Part shown: piece after piece, positions 22,776-33,905 of the stretch
Position numbering within the stretch: the first letter of the stretch is position 1
How the letters are laid out: the number at the start of each line of letters is the position of its first letter
Notes under the pieces: generated by a model
Told to the model about the DNA's origin: nothing
Seen by the model: the letters and a program-made list of their open reading frames with translations, nothing else
Database searches by the model: none
Position numbers and translations under genes: made by a program
Assembly: GCA_000826855.1 (NCBI GenBank)
Contig: JTLS01000063.1
Coordinates: forward strand, 1-35,868
Direction: 5' to 3'
Source: Basidioascus undulatus
Lineage: Eukaryota
Length of the DNA: 35,868 bases

Positions 22776-23666
22776 GGGGGGTTTGCATGCACTGTAAGCG
22801 TTAAATCTCTATATCGCACCTAGTACCTGAACTGCGAAGTGCTGAGATTTTTGGAGGAACATAGGTCTTCTCACTCTGCGTTGCCAGACATTATTATTGC
22901 ATCGCCGCATCCTGCATGGACACTTACATCTGCTCACCGCTCTGCTTGTGCATTTCAATGCTTCTTTTCGAGCTCACACACCTTTGTAGCGCGTGGATTG
23001 CATGTGGCAGGCGCGGGTTGGCTGACGGACTGGGGCCGGCCGATGTTCAGTTGACACCTCATGAGGACCGATTCAGAGTCCATTTCAGAACTGTTCACTC
23101 GTCACGAATTTCGAGTTTACTTCACCGCGGACATCGTGCGGCCATTCAGGTCGCGCGTGCAGTATCCCTGCAATACCTCAATGGATATTGTCGGGGCTGG
23201 CGCTGAAAACCTACCTCGATCTGGGTTTTTCTGCGAAGCCGTGCTTATTTTGCAATAAACACTTTCTGCAGACGATTGACGGCAACAATGAAAGAAAATA
23301 CTCTTGCTTCGCTGCAGAGGTTACCTCCGATACCGCGTCTGCCTCGCCTCGCCTCGCTCGGGCCTGCCTTGCCCTTTTGTGGACAACCACTCTTATAGCG
23401 CCCTGTGGCATCGTGCCACGAAACCATCGATAAGCTGTTACACCCCATCACATCTCGAGATGCCCCACAGGGCAGCATCCTGAGTTGCAGCTTTTGAAGT
23501 CGCGGACGCTCGAGCCCGGAAAGCCGGCTTTCAGTTAGCCGGTAGCGGCGCGCCGCCGGAGATTGCATGTCATACCATCGCGATTGACCTTCGCGTCTTC
23601 CTCGTCTACAACCACGACCTTTCCTTCGCACCCCTATTTACCCAACTGACATTCAATCAAACAACC

Positions 23667-25292
23667 ATGTCGTCTCCCAATTCTCAATTGGCGGAACAGA
23701 CCTTTCAAACGATCCACGACTCGCTCGACCTCGATGAACTTGACACCAACCTGCACGTCTTGTTCGCTCAACGGCCTTCGGGGTTTCTTGTGATCAAGTG
23801 ACTAACGTGGGCGAAGCAATGGTGGATGCAGGTTCAGGAGCAAGGACCTCTGGATGCCTCTGACGGCACGAGGCGTGTTCGGTGGCCAAGTTATTGCTCA
23901 GGCGATCGCTGCTGCGACGAGGGTTTCCGACAAGGCTTTTGGCCTTCATGTAGGCTGATCTTCCATTCAACTTGCCTAGTAGCGGGACCGTTACGGGCGG
24001 GGAACTGCCCTTACAGAGTATGCACTGCTACTTCCTCCTCGCCGGCGACGCTGGGAAGCCGATCTTGTACTACGTCGAGCCTCTTCGAATCGGTAACCTC
24101 TCCCACCAGTCGCGCAATCTCCCATATGCTCACAGGCGTCCATCTCTCCAGGAAAGTCCTACCGGACGTACAGCGTCCACGCGCGCCAGTCCGGGCGCGT
24201 CATCTTCCACCTCACCTGCTCCTTCTCGCTTCCCGAGCCGCGCCAGCCGCACTTTTCCGCGCCCTTCCCCACGAACCTGCCCCCTCCCGAAGAGTGCCCA
24301 CTCAACGAGGAGCGATGGTCCGTATTTCTCGACGCGAACCGCGAGCGCCTCCTCCCCCGGATCAGGGAAGACTTGGCGGCGCGAATCCAGGTGCGTGCTC
24401 TGTTAGGGAGACTGGCGAAAGGGTGAGGCTGAGCTGATCCGAGCTAGCGCATCGCCCGGTCGCGTTGACGGATGCAGGAAAGGAAAGAGTCCCCGGTCGC
24501 GATTGCCTTTGCAAGGTCAGGAGAGGTCGCTCTGCCCCCTGCTTGGCCTCCGCTCAAGCTGCAAGACAGTCGCGAGAGCTACTTCGACGAGTCGGGACGA
24601 ACGATCGAGACGTCCGAGGCCGCGTGGTGGGTGAAGGCGCGGGGAGATGCAGGTACGCCCGAGTTACCGCTGTCATCAAGGGACAAAGACTGAAGCGTCG
24701 TGCGTCTCGGTCTAGGCAAGGATGTCGGGTTCCAAAAGGTCAGTTTGGAGGTTGCGTTCGGGGCCTGGACCGGGAGACTCATTCCAAACAGGCTATCATC
24801 GCGTACATGAGCGACTTCAGCTTCGTAAGCTGCCTCTTTCAGTCCCCGCAGTCTTCTCGAATGCACTTCCCTGATATTTCTTGTCTTCAAGATCGGCACC
24901 GTCGGCAGCGCTCTCGGCATGGGCCAGTCTCGACGACTTGGCATGATGAGCTCGTGCGTACACGCTTCTCGTCGCATACCATACCTCAGCTTCAGCTTAA
25001 TGGAAGTAACGGGTAGTCTGGACCACTCGCTCTGGTTTTACGACAACAACTTCAACGCGTCGGAGTGGCTTCTTTTCACCATGTCCGTCCCCAGAGCCGG
25101 TGCGTTTTGTCGACGTTATCTACCATCCCCCCTAGCTTTCTTGCTGAAATGCTCCCATGAACTCCTGCAGGTCACGGACGCGGCGTGGTCTTTGGACAGA
25201 TCTGGACGCGGGATGGGCGACTCATCTGTCTGGCCAGCCAGGAGGGCGTCGTGCGGGAGGCACTGCCCAAGGACGACAAGGCCAAGCTCTAG
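23667..25292 (+). CDS. TES1: Peroxisomal acyl-CoA thioesterase II (TesB/Pte1/ACOT8 family) with PTS1 AKL, multi-exon
   Basis: DTNLFRS...RGVFGGQVIAQA...SMHCYFL...AIIAYMSDF...MMSSLDHSLWF...GRGVVFGQIWTRDGRLICLASQEGVVR...DDKAKL*. The frame is intact when the first intron is read as GC-AG (23753-23831). Confidence 0.95.
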
Positions 25293-25500
25293 GCGATCTT
25301 GGATTGATGTGCACGAACAATGGACTTGCATTTCGTTTTGCGTTCTATTCATCATTTTTATCAATGCGTAACAGGAGCATCACAAAAACCTATATTGACA
25401 TTTCAACCGGTACATCATGCCCCGCCAATCGTTTCAGCGTTGTACTTTTGCACTTTCCCACCATAGCGCAGGTTGCGCTTAGTCGCCTCGTCCAAGACCC

Positions 25501-26521
25501 TCAGCGCATGTGATGCTTCTCCTGGACCTTGCGGACCTCGACCGCGGATCCCTGACGCTGCGTACCGACGCCGAGCCGGTACACGAGGTCTCCGCCGAGG
25601 TAGGCCTGTGCAGCTCGGTCATGAACAACACATGGGATAGTGTAAATTTCTTTAGTCTCAAGAGAACGCACTCCGATGACCAGGACCGGAAGAGCCAGCG
25701 CGCTCAGAAGCAAGTTGAGTCCGTTCGGGCTGAAGTGCGAATGCTTGCGGCGGGTGACCCTAATCGAGGAAGCCGCCATCAGTAGCCCACAACAGGATGG
25801 AGATGCGTAGATGACTGACCAGTTGAACATCGCAATCACAACGGCGAAGTTGTTAGTCGCAGCGTGCTTCAGAGCCTGCGCACACAACAGAAATCAGCTG
25901 TGCAGCGCAGAAGCAGGTTCGAACTCTATGACGACGCACCTGCCGGAACTTTTCCTGTTTCATTTCAACGATCTCCTTGGGAACATCAATGGCCTCTTCA
26001 AGCTTCTTGTTCTCCCTCCACATTGCCCAGAGCTCGGCGAGCTGTTGTCCATGCAACACGTCAATGTTCAATGCCCTGCTCTACAGCAGTGGCAGCTTAC
26101 CCCTGTCAAAACCGCTGCGGGATTGAACTCGGGGTGTCAGAAAACTGAAGGCCCATTTCCTCTCCCCCGCTTGAAACCACACACCGGGGACAGAAAAAAA
26201 CAGCCCCGCGGCCAGACTGTAGTGCGAGACGACATCGAGTTGAGCCGGCCTCGGGAGCATGCGGTCCAACGACCGAGGGACGAGGTCCCGCACAAGCGAG
26301 AGGTTGTCGAGCAGGAACGAGAAGGTCAAGAGCGCTACAGGGAAGTGCACAACTGAAGATATTGATATGAAATGTCAACGGAGACCACGAGCTTGAGGGG
26401 AAGAAAGGCTGAACGTACCTGCTGGGTGCGTCGGATGCGCATTCTGCCCAACCTTGCCCAGTCCGACACTCTCGGCTGCGCCTTGGACGATTTCTTCGGT
26501 ACGATATGCGAGTTTGGCCAT
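25501..26521 (-). CDS. DUF2231-like small multi-TM membrane protein, multi-exon
   Basis: MAKLAYRTEE...AHPTHPAVVHFPVALLTFSFLLD...PAVLTGLAELW...ALKHAATNNFAVVIAMFNW...LLLSALALPVLVIGAYLGGDLVYRLGVG...HHMR*. The HPxHPxxVHFP and YLGGxLVYxxGVG motifs are characteristic of DUF2231. Confidence 0.8.
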
Positions 26522-26928
26522 GTAAGAGCTGTGAGGTTTTGATGGATTCTGGGAAGTGGCGGAGAAGGCCTAGCACAATGGAAGAAGGATGAAGGGGCTC
26601 GACGGAGACAGAATGCGGATGACCAAGAGATGACGATGTCCGGCACTTCGGAATCCGAGTAGGTTCAGAGACTCTCCGTATCTGCACCTGCAAAGTTTAC
26701 AGAGGTACCTTGCGTACAGCCCTCTTCATTAACGTCCGCGAAAGCATGGCTGGCCGCCAGTCCTCCCAGTCAGCTTTGATGCGACCTCACGCAGTGGCTG
26801 CGGTCCTGTCCAGCGGGTCCTCTGCAGGTCGCCTTCAAGTGATGGGGTATGTGAATGATGAAATATCAAGGGCGACATCCAAAAGTGTCCAAAAGCACAG
26901 ATGCCTGAGCGTATTCTAGTAAAGTTAA

Positions 26929-28828
26929 CTAAGCCCTGAACAGCGCAACGCAAAGTACGGCAAAAGAAAGCATCGCCGTGGGCACAAATCCAGTGCCGTG
27001 TGCGGCCCCGTTGCCAGGTTCGGTCCCGGTAGAGGAACCGTTGCCATCGGAAGGGGATGGGGGAGCGCGGCCAGTAGGCGACTCGACTGCGGACGGACAT
27101 GGTAAGGAAGGCGTCAGGACGTTGAAGGAGAAGGTTTAAACGCACCGAGGCAGTCAGGAATGGTGATGTCCTTCAACTTGCGGTCCTCTGTGAAGATTCC
27201 CCAGTAGGGCTCTGTGAAGAGCGGCAATCAGTGTCTGAACGACGAATCTGAAGCGACGATGCGACTTGCCGACCCCTCCATAGACCTGCTTCCAAGGCTC
27301 GTCGAATGCCTCAAAAAAGTGGTACTTCGTTCCATTTGCGTCTGTCCTAGATGTCAGCTTCAACCCCCGTGAAGAGGGAGCATCAGATTGCCACTCACTG
27401 GCTTGGCAGACGAAATCACTGGACCACGAGCGTTAGTCAAGAAGTCCTACCACGCAGCAAGGGAACGCCACCTACTCGATCAACGTCTGCAAGCCGGCAG
27501 CACTAATAGGCCGGCCCTCTGCAGTCGCTTGTGTCTGCTCATGTGTCATTCAGTGGCTACCGGAGCGAAACGAACGCGTTTGAAGCCTTACGCGCTCGGT
27601 GGAGTTCGTCGTGTCAGTGGGCCATCCAGTCTGGTTTCGGCGTCGTTAGTCACGGTCTTACGGAGCAAATTGAAATTGAACACACCTCCGCGTTCCACAC
27701 TTCCGGCTTGTTTGTGGCCTGAGCACAGAGATCGACGTTGTTCTCCTTCCAGTACGTGTACGTCTGTCAAAGATCCGACTTGCTCAGCAATGCGTGCCTG
27801 GATACGGCTGCGGCTATGCCCTTACCCATTCAGCAGCCTCGGTTACCGGTACACTACAGCTCATTCGTGAGCTCGAATGTATATGGGATGGGAAACAACA
27901 CATCGCACCTGGCGAACCAAGGGTGGACCTGCAGTTCGGGTAAGACGCTGAGCCATCTCAACAACAGACTTGAAGAAACGCACGTTAGAGAAGATGTAGT
28001 CGGCCCCCTCGCACAAGGCCAGCTGAATGTAACCGCCAGCATCTGCCGTGCCGATGGAGATGTACTTGTCGAAGTCGAGTCCCTTGATCGTGGTGTTCGT
28101 CCGCGAAATGTAGTCGACGAGAACGGCCGTGGACCGCGCGCCGGCGGTGTCCGTGCCGTCTTGAGCCTTGTTCAAGACATACTCGTTCTGAGGAGCACAA
28201 TTTGGTTATATGACATTGTGTGCTGTCCCAGCGCTGCTTCAAAGTGGAGTTTACTTACTCCTACCGTGATCCCAGCAACGTGGCCCACTCCGTACGTCTG
28301 AAGTGCAGTGGTGAGCGCGTCAAGTTGACGCTCGTAGACGGTGTCATTCCCATCGATGTCTGAGGATAGTATTGTAAGAATTCTCTGTAGAATCAGTCAT
28401 AGTGAACGATGTTGTACGCACAGATTCCGGGCCAGACGGTGAGGTCCACGTCGGTGTCCTGGATAGCTTGAAGGACGAGGGCGGTCTGATTGCAGTCGCT
28501 CCCACTGCGAGCGGCTATCTTCAGCAAGGGAAAAAGTTGAGGGTTTCGCAATACGTACTACAGTCGAATTCGAGGGGTTACTTGCGCAATCAACTGAATG
28601 TCCCGGGTCACGGCGGATTGCGTCGCACCGCAGTCGGGCAGCAGAGCACCATCTGGGGTGTAAGCCATTCCGCTGAGGAAGTCCCTGTTAGTGGAAGGAC
28701 ATTCAGGCCGGGCCAAGGTCCCAAGCGTACTAGAATGAGCGTCGCAGGATGCCATCGCCCTGAGCAAGAGCGAGAAGGCCGAACGCGAGAGGAAGGACGA
28801 GCATGGGCAGCCGTGCCGTCAAAAGCAT
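26929..28828 (-). CDS. Glycoside hydrolase family 17 beta-1,3-glucanase/transglucosylase (BtgC-like) with signal peptide and probable GPI signal
   Basis: A hydrophobic N-terminus precedes RSFYGMAYTP...PDCG...RIRLYGSDCNQT...GITVGNE (acid/base)...GTADAG...NVHPWF...AETGWPT (nucleophile)...FFEAFDEPWK...EPYWGIF...ITIPDC. A Ser/Gly/Pro linker follows, then the hydrophobic tail AMLSFAVLCVALFRA*. Confidence 0.92.
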
Positions 28829-29860
28829 GGCTCTGTCAATAAGTACGAGACGAAACGACATGTAAGCTGATTGAAATTAAGGTGATTGGTGAAAGATGAT
28901 GGTGGTTGGTGGTCGTCGAAGGCCTCGCTGAGGAAGCGACTTTTACCCTGCCGTGCAACTCGAAGCCGCCGCGCGCTCGAGGGGCCAAGAGGGGCTGTGC
29001 TGTCCGTTGTGCTCGGTCACCCGTAGGTGAACACTGAAACAACACTCTTGGCTTTGCACCTCAAGCTCTGGGCACATGCAGTCGAAGTTGAGTCGAAGTC
29101 TGCAGTATGCATTGCAGCGACGGACATTTCGCCCCTCAATCCGGAGAAATTATCATCGTATGAGGGGCTAATTGCAATCTTGCAGCGAAGCGCGGGGTTG
29201 CCTGACCTCAAGCAGCGATGATCACCAATTCGCAACACAATTCTTCCGCTATGTATACCGTATTGTTGTAATTCTGGTGCAACCTTGAGCGAACTTATCG
29301 CTATTCAATAGGTTCTGGTGAATATCGAAGGCTTTGTCAGTCATATGCAGCATTCACGAGACGTTCTCGTTTCACGCGTTCGCCGTGCTGCAGGGCCCAT
29401 TGGGACAACTATCGAGCCGAAAGCTGCTTACTATGGAAAGGCATTCTTTGGAAGACCCAAGAAGACCCATTCGACGAGTGTTCAGTGAAGTATCATATGG
29501 TGGGTTCACTGCAGTTGTGACTAGATAACGTTATTGGGTGCGTCCGGTGGACGCGATCGGGAGATCGCCTGACGCAAGATCACAGGTATTGACGCAGCTG
29601 CGCGAAATTTTTCTTTATTCACCACGTACTCAAGGCAAGACCCGAGCAATACTAGGGGGCTTGCTTAGAGGACAGCAGCTCAGAGGCTTCCTTTCTTTGC
29701 TGCTTATGGCTGCGAGGGCCGTTGTTCTATTTCGCATCGCCCTCACACTTACTCTTGCTTACTACTGCCTGGCTGTTCACTCGAACCAGCCGCACACGGT
29801 GGCCAAATAAAGGGGATTTTGTGGCTCTCAGTTGGTCTCAGTTCGCAATTCTGGCTGGTT

Positions 29861-31260
29861 TTAGCACTCCCGGAATGCCCGCCGCAGAAATGCAGCAGAC
29901 GACTGACATTCAGTCAAAGCGTGAATCGTGTTTAAAACCACAATTTCCCACTGATCCCAGCTCTTCCGCCTCTCCCTGAACACACCGATCCGGCAACCTT
30001 TCCTGGAACCGCTTTCCCTCGGGATGCCCAGCCGATCCGCCACTTCATCCTTCACAGACCATTTCCCCTCCTCCCCGAACTCGCAGTCCCCGCGACTGAG
30101 ATTAACATTCACCGGCTGCTGCCGTTGACGAGCTAGTCTCTCACGCTCCTTCTCCTTCTCGTGAGCGTGGTCCACCCCGAGATGGATGATTCCCGTCGCC
30201 TGGTCCACGATTTCGAGCCCCTCGCTGATGCTGTGTCCCTCGAAAGTGAGATTGTGGTACGGGTCCGGAAGACTGTGAAAAGGTTGCCCAGTAAGCTTAT
30301 ATGGGAGTATTTTGATGGGACAAGATGGACAACTCACTGAGATGGGTACACGCGAACCGTTCCGAAGCTGCTCTGTCCCCAGAGCTCCATCTCCTCCTCG
30401 TGTTTGAAACCCGGCTCAGCCTTCACCAACACGACCTATCCGTCCGCGTGAGTCCTCTCGTCGAGGACGCATATGAGCGACTCCGAACTTCCGGTACGCT
30501 GCGCGAGGAGATCCGCCATGTGCGCGTACTCCTGAACGCCCGGGCGAACGTCGACCGTGAAGGGCAGCGGATCAACCGAGCTGGCCTGCAGGCCGGCGTG
30601 GAAATTGTCGATGACCGCTGGATTATGGCGGAGGAGGAGATGTAGACTCAGAGTGGCTCTGGCACGTAGATCTGATCGTTCCGCGGAGGTGGAGGAGACG
30701 TGAGGAGCAGCTCGGGCTCGATAGGGTCGTTATACCACCAAGTCTGGAACATAGCAATATTTATAACGTGTTTCCTATAAATAGGTAGGGATGGGCTTAC
30801 CACATCCATGACGCCCATCGCAAGGTCGCCCGCCAAGTGTTTGAACAGTTCCACGGAGGCGCTGAGGCTGCCATGCGGGGATAAGGGTGCTGCGCTGAGC
30901 TACGCAAAATGATGTAGCTTCTGTTAGCATATGCAGGACAATGATGGACAGTCAGTGAAAATGAACACGCACGATCACGGCCTCAACACGCTTCCCTCGG
31001 TACTCGATCGTAATTGTACGTCCAAATGCGGGCGCGGAAACGCCCTCCGGGGTAAAGCCGTACTGGTGCATGTTCAGGCAAACGGACTTGATGGAAATGA
31101 TGAAACGAAGCGAATAGAGGCCTCAGTAGACGGTTACAGATCTGTAAGAAGGCAAAATGCAGACTTACATAGTCGTTCTTGGGACCGCCTCGTTATCCTT
31201 GTCCGGTAGGTAGGACGCCCAGCACTTGAAGACGCGGTGAGGATTGACGAGAGAGGACAT
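29861..31260 (-). pseudogene. Disabled gene: divergent RlpA/expansin-like double-psi beta-barrel fused to a second, DUF6924-like domain
   Basis: The N-terminal part reads MSSLVNPHRVFKCWASYL...KNDY|SVCLNMHQYG...FGRTITIEYRGKRVEAVI|LSAAPLSPHGSLSASVELFKHLAGDLAMGVMDV|TWWYND. It continues LSLHLLLRH...LICVLDERTHADG*VVLVK...GTVRVYPS|HLPDPYHNLTFEGHSISEGL. The model needs 1-nt frameshifts near 31189 and 30655 and has an in-frame TAG at 30436-30438. Domain calls are from motif memory only. Confidence 0.55.
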
Positions 31261-33604
31261 GAGCTGGGCAACATGGAAATGTGTGGCCGCATCAATGAAG
31301 TTATGTTCCAAAGGGCAGCGATTTCAACGATGCGAATCGCTGCGTACAAATAGAGGAAGAATGTGGGGTTTTCAAGCAGTGGCAAGGGCTAACGCTCAGA
31401 CGGAGCAAAGGTATGTGGGCAAGGTGGTCGTTGAGAACGAGAGATGTTGAGAGACTTGGAGAGATGCTGAAATGGTCCACATAAGAGATCGGCGTCAACG
31501 CGGCCCCACGCGTGCTGAAACGTGAATTTTCGTGTATTTCTGGCATACAGTATATTGATCGCGTTTCTGCATCGCTTCAAGTCGGGCACATTGTACAACT
31601 ATCTCAGCCAGTTCTGAGAGATATGATGGTACTTGCGGAGGAGAAGAACCTCACGAGAATGGGCATAGAAATCGCAGAACAACCAGCACGGACGATCGGG
31701 ACGCAACTGCGCGCGATGATACGCTTTCTATGAGGCGGATGGGGCTCTGCACCCCCTCAGGTGCACAAAAAATTTTAAACATGTTGCCTCAAATAATTCT
31801 GACAACATTGGACGCTATAGCCGGTATTTAGGACTGCGATGTCCGTTAGTAGCTTACTCCGCCACCAGTTTCGTCGGCGTTACGGCAATCTCAGCTGTAC
31901 CGGGCCACAGGCGGACTCATGTGTAAATAAGCTTGCAGTATATTCATATATTTTTGGGGGAATATTCGAAGTAAGACCATGATTGCATCAACCAGTTGCG
32001 GGCGGAAACGCGCCTTCGTCGGAGCAGCAGGCGGTACTGGCACATCCTCAGCGGGTCGAATGGCAGCAATATTGGCATCTTGCTCCCAAACAAGGCTTAC
32101 AAGGATTCAAAGTCAAGCCTGAATGACCAAATTGACTCTTGTTCATGATGGTTAAAATCTCCGTATTCGAATACCTTGCGCAAACGCCGCCATGCACAAC
32201 GCAGCGCCTGTGCCATTTGTCGGCGCGAACCCAGCAGCGAACGCATCATTAGACTTGATCGTCATGCCTCTTTGAAAAACGTGGTATGCAACTACAGACT
32301 ACAGACAAATCCCATAAACAGCGACTTGGACCTATGCGAAGTCTTGAAGCTCGGCGGACGCCGGACGCTGGTCGCTGGCAGGCAGGCTGCACATCCACAA
32401 ACCCGCGCGCACCGCCCATTGTTAGAGAACTTACGCTGGAACGTGAACGTGGACGTGGCTGGTCAGTACGTATTTCACGACTACGGTCAGGTTGCAACGT
32501 CGCTCATCCACGTCTACGTTGTCAGCCCTTTCAGCAACGTATTTTGCTCTTTTCTCGCCATTCGCCATGTCGATCCCGGTCCTGAAAGCTGTATTCAACA
32601 ATTAATTCTTATACTTTCATGTATAGCCAGCGAAAGTGGGGTAAAAGCGCGCAAACTGGAGATAAAGGCCTGGAAACGTTGCGACGTCTACGTCTACGGG
32701 GGATAACAGCTAGTGCCAAACCTATGAGCAAGCCGTCCCCACGCGCGCTTTCAGACGCCCGCATTCCCTCGGTTAACCAGCGTCAGCACACTTTCTCAAT
32801 TCTTAGTTTTCTCGCTCGCCGCCAATAACCACGCATACTCGCCTCCAACCCTCATCGGCATCATCCCGCTCGCGTCCCTCTCGCACTCGCTCGATCTTCT
32901 CCCGCGCAATCACCAACCTACCGCACTCTTCCTTATCCCGCTCACATTCCTAGCGTTTTACATCACCCTTTCTCGGAACTCCTTGAGGTCGAGCGTGTGG
33001 GCACTCGCGCCTTCTCACCACGCGTCCCCGGTGCGCGATCCTCATGTGCTCTTGGCAGTACCCTTGGGAGTGCGACGGCAAACTGGGACAGAGATGGGAT
33101 ACAACAGCGACACGGTGAGCTTTTCCTGTATATTGCATGGAATGAGTGGGGCCGGAGCGGAGGTGCTGTAGTAGAGGGCAGGCTGTCGGGTGTGGACGGA
33201 CGAAGGTGGCACGGCGGAGCATCTGTTTCCAGTGATGGAGTGATAGATTATTTGTGCGTGTCTGATCCTGGGACACCTGAGTGCTGCGAGCTGCATCTTC
33301 GGATGTCATCCAAGGCTTGTTCGAAGAGGGCAGGAAAGTGGGAGGACGTTGCAATCACGTTACCCCGCCTCCGCTGATCCGCACCAGTGCCTTGACTTTT
33401 GACGCTCTCCCTCCCGCAGAACGCTGTAAGGAGAGACAGGATCAACATTCACTCGTTCTGTCTCAACATATAGGGCACATGTTTTGCCTGGCTCACCCGT
33501 TCGAGCGCCGTGCCTTCTCAACTGCTCCTCCTCATCAACCTCATCAGACACCCCCTGCTCCTGTCCTCCAAGCCCGATTCATAGCTGCTCATTGAACGCA
33601 CTCG

Positions 33605-33905
33605 ATGTGGGTACACATATTATTTTATTCCCTCCTCTTCCGCCTGTGCTCCGTCTCTTTCCAATGCGGTCGCGCTTCCCTTCTACCCCTCCGGCGCTTC
33701 CCCTCACTCACCCCTCCCTCGTTCCTCCAGCCCGAGCCAGTGTTCTCCACTCCTCCTTCAATTGCAGACCATCCTCCCACTCCAAAGCTGCAGCACGGCG
33801 CTTGTAACCCTTGCCGTCACCGTACGTGTTGTTCCACCCGGCCTCCGCCCCGCCGGCGCCTCCGCCGTCCACGCGCTCCCACCCGCCAGACGAGCTCCCC
33901 TCCAA
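33605..33905 (+). pseudogene. Possible truncated 5' end of a Zn(II)2Cys6 transcription factor gene
   Basis: An exon after the ctccag acceptor (33731-33821) reads PEPVFSTPPSIADHPPTPKLQHGACNPCRH(R), then a gtacgt donor. This fits the ACxxCRxR start of a zinc cluster, but I found no KxKC...C..C continuation. Confidence 0.3.

Noticed and set aside
30436..30438. In-frame TAG as a programmed recoding or A-to-I editing site
   Set aside because: The same gene also has two frameshifts, and such mRNA editing is established for filamentous ascomycetes, not for this group. Decay is the simpler explanation.
31733..31780. Small hairpin ggggctctgcacccc followed by an A/T run, like a MITE or hAT terminus
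   Set aside because: I found no inverted partner or target-site duplication in the window.
32176..32706. 176-aa ORF ending DVYVYGG (Kelch-like word) with several ACGT-rich microrepeats
   Set aside because: The ORF starts at TTG, stops right after the motif, and shows no further Kelch repeats or splice support.
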